Translations under genes and position numbers: made by a program
Origin: Macrostomum hystrix
Lineage: Eukaryota; Animalia; Platyhelminthes
Length of the DNA stretch: 64,000 nucleotides
Assembly: GCA_950097015.1 (NCBI GenBank)
Contig: CATNEN010000032.1
Location: 1,178,001 to 1,242,000, forward strand
Direction: 5' to 3'
Notes under the pieces: model-generated
The model's database searches: none
Told to the model about the DNA's origin: nothing
The model's input: only the letters and a program-made list of their open reading frames with translations
Shown here: piece by piece, positions 58,575 to 64,000 of the stretch
Layout: the number at the start of each line of letters is the position of its first letter
Numbering within the stretch: position 1 is the stretch's first letter

Positions 58575-61500
58575 TCATTGAAAGCTTCGATCTGGCTACA
58601 TGTAGGACAGTCGTGATGGTCAGCCCTAAATCTTGGATTACGACTGAGCACATCTGCGTTGACATGCTTGACTCCTGCACGATGCTCAACAGAGAAGTCA
58701 TATTCAGCCAGCCGCTCTAGGGGTGTTTGACTCACGCTGAAGTCATACACCTCGATCGTAGCTAGCCATTGTGCTAGCATAACTGTGGAATCCTTCTTAG
58801 TGTGTAGCCATTGTAGGGCGGCTGCGTCTGAGCGCACAAGAAACTTGCGGTCCAGCAGATATGTTCGAAAATGTTCCAGCATGATGACAAGTCCAAGTAA
58901 TTCACGCATCGTCGCGCAGTAATTCCTCTGCGATTGTGTGAATTTTTTCGAAGCATACGCAACGACGTGCTCCTGACCACCTGGACCTTCTTGTGACAAA
59001 ACGCCGCCAACTCCTTCAAGCGAGGAGTCGCAATCTAAGATGAAGAGCCCAGCTGACGGACTGAGGTCAGGGTACGCAAGGATTGGAGGCGCGCACAGAT
59101 TTGCTTTCAGCTCTTCGAAAGCTTTGTCATGCTGCTCCAGCCAGCAGAATGTCGACGAGCCTTTAGCTAGCGCATACAGCGGCGATGCGATCACGGAAAA
59201 ACGTTGCACGAACTTTCTATAGTAGTTCGCGAATCCTAGGAACGCTAATAATTGCTTTTTATCTGATGGTTTGCACCAATTCTTTACCGCGTCGATCTTT
59301 GCTGGGTCGGCTTCAATTCCTTGAGCTGAAACAACGAAGCCTAAGAACCGAACGCGATCCTTGAAAAGCTCACATTTAGCTGGTTTAATTTTTAAGTTTG
59401 CCTTTTTAAGTTGCCAGAGGACAAGCGCCAAGTGGACGATCATTTCGTCATTGTCCCTGGCCTTTATGATTATATCGTCAAGATAGATAAGACTCACGCG
59501 CATGAGTAAAGGCCTGAACACCCTGTGCATCAACTTGGCAAAGTTTGCCGGTGCTGTCTTGATGCCAAAGGGTACGACCTTCCATCGGAAAGTGCCCTGG
59601 GGGCATGAGAATGCTGTGATGTCTCGATCGCATTCGCGAATACCTACTTGCCAATAAGCTGCGGTGAGATCTAAACTGGAAAATATTTTCGACTCTGCTA
59701 GGCTATCAAACGATTCTTCTATTAGTGGTAAAGGAAAGGTGCATGGCTTGATTACTTTGTTGACCTGTCGATAGTCAATACACAGGCGTTGGGAACCATC
59801 TTTTTTCCGAACTAAGACTATTGGAGAGGACCACTCAGAGTCGCACTCTTCAATGATTCCTTGATTGACTAACTGGCTTATATGTTTGTCTAAAAATTCC
59901 TTCTGCGAGGGGGTCGTGCGCCTAGATGGCTGCCAGATAGGGCGGCAAGCCGACTCCTGCAGCTCAATTGTCATCTCATGTACATGTGTTTTTCCTAGGT
60001 CTGTTTCGCTAAGCGATATCTGACTACTAAAATAGTTCAGCAGCTTAAGTGTTACTGTCAGCTGGTTCTTCGATAGGGTGGTCTCATTGAGCTTAAACTG
60101 TGTAGTCAGCCAAGATGCTATTCCTGGGTCTGGGTCAGGGAGTTTTGCAAGCTTGGCTCCAAGATCTTCAGAGCTGCTGATGGAGAAATCTTTCTCAGAT
60201 ACAGGCGTGACAGAAATTGAATCCCCATGTTCAAGGCTCCTAAAAGAGGCGATTTCCTGCCCCATGGAGATCGATGATGGCTGGTCACTACTGTTTAATA
60301 GGCGCACGAGTACATGGTTAGTGGTGCTTACACTGTCAACAGAGTGTGCTACGAACAGCTCTGAGTCCCGGCAGAAGAGTTTAGTGCCTAGAACACCCTG
60401 AGTACCAGGATCAGCACCTGAGACCCGGCTTGGCACCATAGTCTCTGACCTGGGGAGTAGCTGCACGTTGCAGGCGGCTGTGACTCTGCGTGCCTGGAAA
60501 ACTCCCTTGTCACCTTCAATGACTGGTACAGGCTCTCCAGCTACAGTTACCTGACCATCAGCAACAAGCAAGTTAACGCTAAAACTTCTCATAAAGTCTA
60601 TTCCTAACAGCAAATCTGAAACCTGACCTTCCGTTACCAGGAAAACGTGGGTCTGCTTCTTCTTTCCAAGTTTGACCTCACAGTGAAGCGTGCCCAAAAT
60701 CTGTGACGAGGTTCCATTGAATGCTGTCGCGGCTTGGTATTGTCTAGCAGGGACAAATTTGTGATTTATGGGATCATTTGCGATCAGCTGGTCCTTGATT
60801 TTAGTTCCAACGACACTAGCATTGCAACCTGAATCAAGGCAAGCGATGTACTTATCGTTACCTATTTCTAACTGCACGAACATGCTGGACTCGACTCTAG
60901 CCTCGTTAGTCAGCGTTTGATCACAACGGACAGGGAATGGATAGCGGCAGACTCCTATCGCCTTATCTCGGTTGTGAGCTGGGTCCGTTTGACGCCAGAA
61001 CTGTACGATTGTGCCTACCAGTTGGCGCCGATTGGCTAACTGTTGTAGCTCATTGTCTAAGCTGGATTGATGAAAGAAGATGGAGCCTGGTATTTGGCTT
61101 GGTTGGATGAAGCCAAATCCAGTCTTCAAAGCCGTGATGGTACCTGTCTCCATCACCTGACTCTGAGAAACGATGGTGTTTGGTCTTCCACCACCTGTCC
61201 CGCCGAAGGGCAATGGCTGTGGGCAGTCCGCGGTATGATGATCACCAGCACCGCATCGGTTGCAGGACCTGCGCATCTTGCGAGATTGGTGACTTTTTTG
61301 GGTCCTATAACTATCCATTTTGTGTGTCTGTGGTCCTTGGTCACTGGTAGAATTAAGATTTGCATGCCCTTTTAATTGGGACTCTGTCTGGAAGGCTGGC
61401 GAAGAAGCCTGATTTTGCTGAAGCCGTTTCTCTAGTTCACGAACACGGGCTTCCAGCTCTGCTGTTCTGTCAGGAGCTGCTGTCCTTACAACAAGAGGAA

Positions 61501-62257
61501 CAGTTTCACCGGACAGGAGCTTCTTGACGCGTGCTATTTCCCTAGCCTTCTTTGCAAGATCTTCAGCTGTCCATGATGGGTTCTCTTGCCCAAGAAGTAT
61601 CAGCCTTTCTGCAAGGGCCTTGTCTCGCAGCCCATAGCAGAACCTTGCTCGGACTAGAGGTTCAGCATCACACTTTTTCCTGTTCGCTGTTTTCGACAGC
61701 CTTATCAACCTGTCAAAGAACTCTTGTGTGGATTCCAGATTTGTCTGAGTCGCGGCAGCTAGTTCTAAAAAGCTCTTATGTTCAGTTCCTGAGTCTGTGA
61801 ATCGCTCTTTAAGCCTCATCAGAGCTGTCTGAATGGATTCATGGTGCAATGAGTTGTTGAATATGAATTCTTGGCACTCAGGTGCCAGCATGGACAGCAG
61901 GACTGCTGGTTGTTGTGGGGTTGGCACGTGGTGTGCATCAACATACGTTAGGAACTGTGTTTCCCAAAGCTCGAAATTCATTTCTGGTTGGAATGGTGGT
62001 GGTGGTCGCAGTTTAGGGCTTGAATTAGGGATTTTCTCAGCTGCTGTTGATGCTTCTCTGTCACACGTTTTTTCTAGTATCATAGTCAGAGTCTGGAGCA
62101 CTTTTTGCAGTTCTAACTGGCCTACATTTACTTCAGGTGGCTTCACATCATTGTTCCCTCCTGGTGGAGCTGACTGAGTTTGGTTGTCTCCTGCCTGTAG
62201 GTTCACTTGAGCTCCAGCACCATCAGGCGGCAGTGCCTCGTCACCCTCTCCGATCAT
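58556..62257 (-). CDS. Gypsy 2 gag-PR-RT-RNase H polyprotein with a CCHC knuckle and a cold-shock-like domain, 1233 aa
   Basis: CNRCGAGDHHTADC; ETGTITALKTGFGFIQ...SIFFHQSSL; CLDSGCNASVV (PR); IYLDDIII (RT); LDCDSSLEGVGGVL (RH). Confidence 0.93.
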   Translation of the reverse strand: MIGEGDEALPPDGAGAQVNLQAGDNQTQSAPPGGNNDVKPPEVNVGQLELQKVLQTLTMILEKTCDREASTAAEKIPNSSPKLRPPPPFQPEMNFELWETQFLTYVDAHHVPTPQQPAVLLSMLAPECQEFIFNNSLHHESIQTALMRLKERFTDSGTEHKSFLELAAATQTNLESTQEFFDRLIRLSKTANRKKCDAEPLVRARFCYGLRDKALAERLILLGQENPSWTAEDLAKKAREIARVKKLLSGETVPLVVRTAAPDRTAELEARVRELEKRLQQNQASSPAFQTESQLKGHANLNSTSDQGPQTHKMDSYRTQKSHQSRKMRRSCNRCGAGDHHTADCPQPLPFGGTGGGRPNTIVSQSQVMETGTITALKTGFGFIQPSQIPGSIFFHQSSLDNELQQLANRRQLVGTIVQFWRQTDPAHNRDKAIGVCRYPFPVRCDQTLTNEARVESSMFVQLEIGNDKYIACLDSGCNASVVGTKIKDQLIANDPINHKFVPARQYQAATAFNGTSSQILGTLHCEVKLGKKKQTHVFLVTEGQVSDLLLGIDFMRSFSVNLLVADGQVTVAGEPVPVIEGDKGVFQARRVTAACNVQLLPRSETMVPSRVSGADPGTQGVLGTKLFCRDSELFVAHSVDSVSTTNHVLVRLLNSSDQPSSISMGQEIASFRSLEHGDSISVTPVSEKDFSISSSEDLGAKLAKLPDPDPGIASWLTTQFKLNETTLSKNQLTVTLKLLNYFSSQISLSETDLGKTHVHEMTIELQESACRPIWQPSRRTTPSQKEFLDKHISQLVNQGIIEECDSEWSSPIVLVRKKDGSQRLCIDYRQVNKVIKPCTFPLPLIEESFDSLAESKIFSSLDLTAAYWQVGIRECDRDITAFSCPQGTFRWKVVPFGIKTAPANFAKLMHRVFRPLLMRVSLIYLDDIIIKARDNDEMIVHLALVLWQLKKANLKIKPAKCELFKDRVRFLGFVVSAQGIEADPAKIDAVKNWCKPSDKKQLLAFLGFANYYRKFVQRFSVIASPLYALAKGSSTFCWLEQHDKAFEELKANLCAPPILAYPDLSPSAGLFILDCDSSLEGVGGVLSQEGPGGQEHVVAYASKKFTQSQRNYCATMRELLGLVIMLEHFRTYLLDRKFLVRSDAAALQWLHTKKDSTVMLAQWLATIEVYDFSVSQTPLERLAEYDFSVEHRAGVKHVNADVLSRNPRFRADHHDCPTCSQIEAFNELSLEA

Positions 62258-64000
62258 TTAGAGAAGCGGAATGAGAATAGGAAAAGAGGAGATGGAAGGT
62301 TAAAGGTGAAGGCAGACACAGAATTGTCTGGCAGAGAAAGAGGCCCCTACTCAAATTCTTGGAAACGCTGGCGAACGACCAAAATTTTATGTGCTAAACT
62401 CTGCCAGACGGGCCCTATACAAAAAATTATTTCTAAGCCTAAAAACGAGACAGCCTCACCAAGCCAGTACTGCCAGTGCCGCGGCGTGTTGAGCTCGTGG
62501 GGGTGTTGTCGCTCTGGCTGAGGACGTACAATTAACGTTGGACTTGCGGTCGGCCACTGGTTAGGTCGTCTCTGATTGGTTGGCAGGTAATCAGCCAATT
62601 AGGTTGCTCCGACTTCTAACTTCTAGCTTCTAGTATTCCAAACTAGACAGTCACAGCTAGGCAAACAGGTAACTATGACGGTGCATATGCCCTTTAAGTC
62701 GGCACTTGCTGTTGGTCAGGGTTAGACGCCGATGTTGATGTGTAGTCAGTAGCAGTGTAGAAGTGTAGCAGTGTAGCGGTAGCGGTAGCAATTTTGTTCT
62801 TGTCTTCGAGGTGGGACCCTCCAAATTTATGTGACGAATAAAGGTTAGTGTAGCGGTAATATCGTCGAATTATATTTGATATAAATAAGTGTGTATATAT
62901 ATTTCCAAAGTAATCTCGATGCTCACACGCTCGACACAAGGCACGGTAGAGCAGAAAAATATACATACGTTGCTTTTTAAAAAGGACAGCTAATTCTTAG
63001 AATGATACAATATAACAATAATTAGTAAACATGCTTAGCATATAAATAATAATCTTGTCAGCAACTTGTAATGTAGCGAATTACTATAAAATAAATAAGC
63101 AATTAAACTACCAATTAAACTACAATTAAAGGTTACACCGTCACAAAGACTTGGGTCAATCTCAATTTGAATAACCAGTGCCAGAAGGCACTCTTTAAGT
63201 TCTCTGTAGTGCCTCTTCTGCTCTTGTCACTCATTGCAAAAAGCAAATAGGGCCTACTGCAATGGCCTGCACTTTTTTTCGAATTATATGTCAAATGTTT
63301 TTTTCCAATAAGGCCAACATTAATTTATTGATTTAGTAAAAATATCATATTTGCACTGTGACGGTCCAATGTAATTAGCAAATCTTCAATGCCATTGGCC
63401 AGCCATTGATGCTATTGCTGGTTTGTATCTACTATCAATAGAATGCTAGGCATATTGTAGGATATAGCTAGTAATAGTAAATCGTGGCCACTTTTAGTTT
63501 ATGAAAGTTGGCAGGAATTCCAAGTTGTTTAAAAACATATATTGGTGTATTGATTGTCATATTTTGGGCAGTCAAATTTCAAACTTCATTTTATGCTAGG
63601 CCCCTACTACTATAGACAAGAGATTTAATTGTCACATCATATTTTTCACCCAATTTGAAAAAAAGAGCAAAAGTAAAATAATTTATAGCTAGATCGCATG
63701 CTTGTATATAGAACAAATATAAAATATCTCTTTAAAACCCCATAGCAAGTTGATAGGTACTAGACAATGTGAAAACCACATTTAGTACATCATTGCATTC
63801 CTACTCATATAGGCCTTAGTTGAAGAAGTTTTGTAGGCTTATGCATGAAAATTCGTATCATTCAATATAAATCTTGGCATAGCTGATACAAAGCTATTAT
63901 GACTGGTTACAAAGGGATATAGTACCTTATTCACAAAAATTATCTTCATAAACATAATGCAGAATAATTCTCAAAGTACACAATTCGTTTTCAACAACAA

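Larger units (their letters stand above)
54443..63145 (-). mobile_element. Ty3/Gypsy LTR retrotransposon 2, full length, 8703 bp
   Basis: 316-bp LTRs TGTGACG...CGTCACA at 54443-54758 and 62830-63145, identical by eye. 4-bp TSD AAGA. PBS-like TGGAGGGTCCCACC (resembles a tRNA-Gln 3' end) after the 5' LTR; PPT GGGAGGGAGGCGGG on the minus strand before the 3' LTR. Confidence 0.95.

Overview
Eukaryotic (metazoan) genomic DNA with spliceosomal GT-AG introns, GC-rich exons and many minisatellites. The style suggests a free-living flatworm such as Macrostomum, but that is inference only. All gene models were spliced by hand. Left to right: a decayed PIF/Harbinger transposon inserted into a tRNA-derived SINE, a myeloid leukemia factor (MLF) gene, a two-exon TRPM-like channel, and a 4-exon uncharacterised gene missed by the ORF track. 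Next is a cluster of three secreted alpha-carbonic anhydrases. Two of them (A on minus, C on plus) carry two AbfB/CBM42-like beta-trefoil domains, each on a phase 1-1 exon between the signal peptide and the CA domain; the third (B) lacks them. The 3' halves of A and C form a near-identical ~1.7 kb inverted repeat while their 5' halves have diverged. The window ends with two young Ty3/Gypsy LTR retrotransposons whose LTRs look identical, one with a cold-shock-like domain next to its gag zinc knuckle. About 20 minisatellite arrays explain most of the long repetitive ORFs. Main candidates for novelty: the AbfB-AbfB-CA fusion cluster and the cold-shock-domain Gypsy element.
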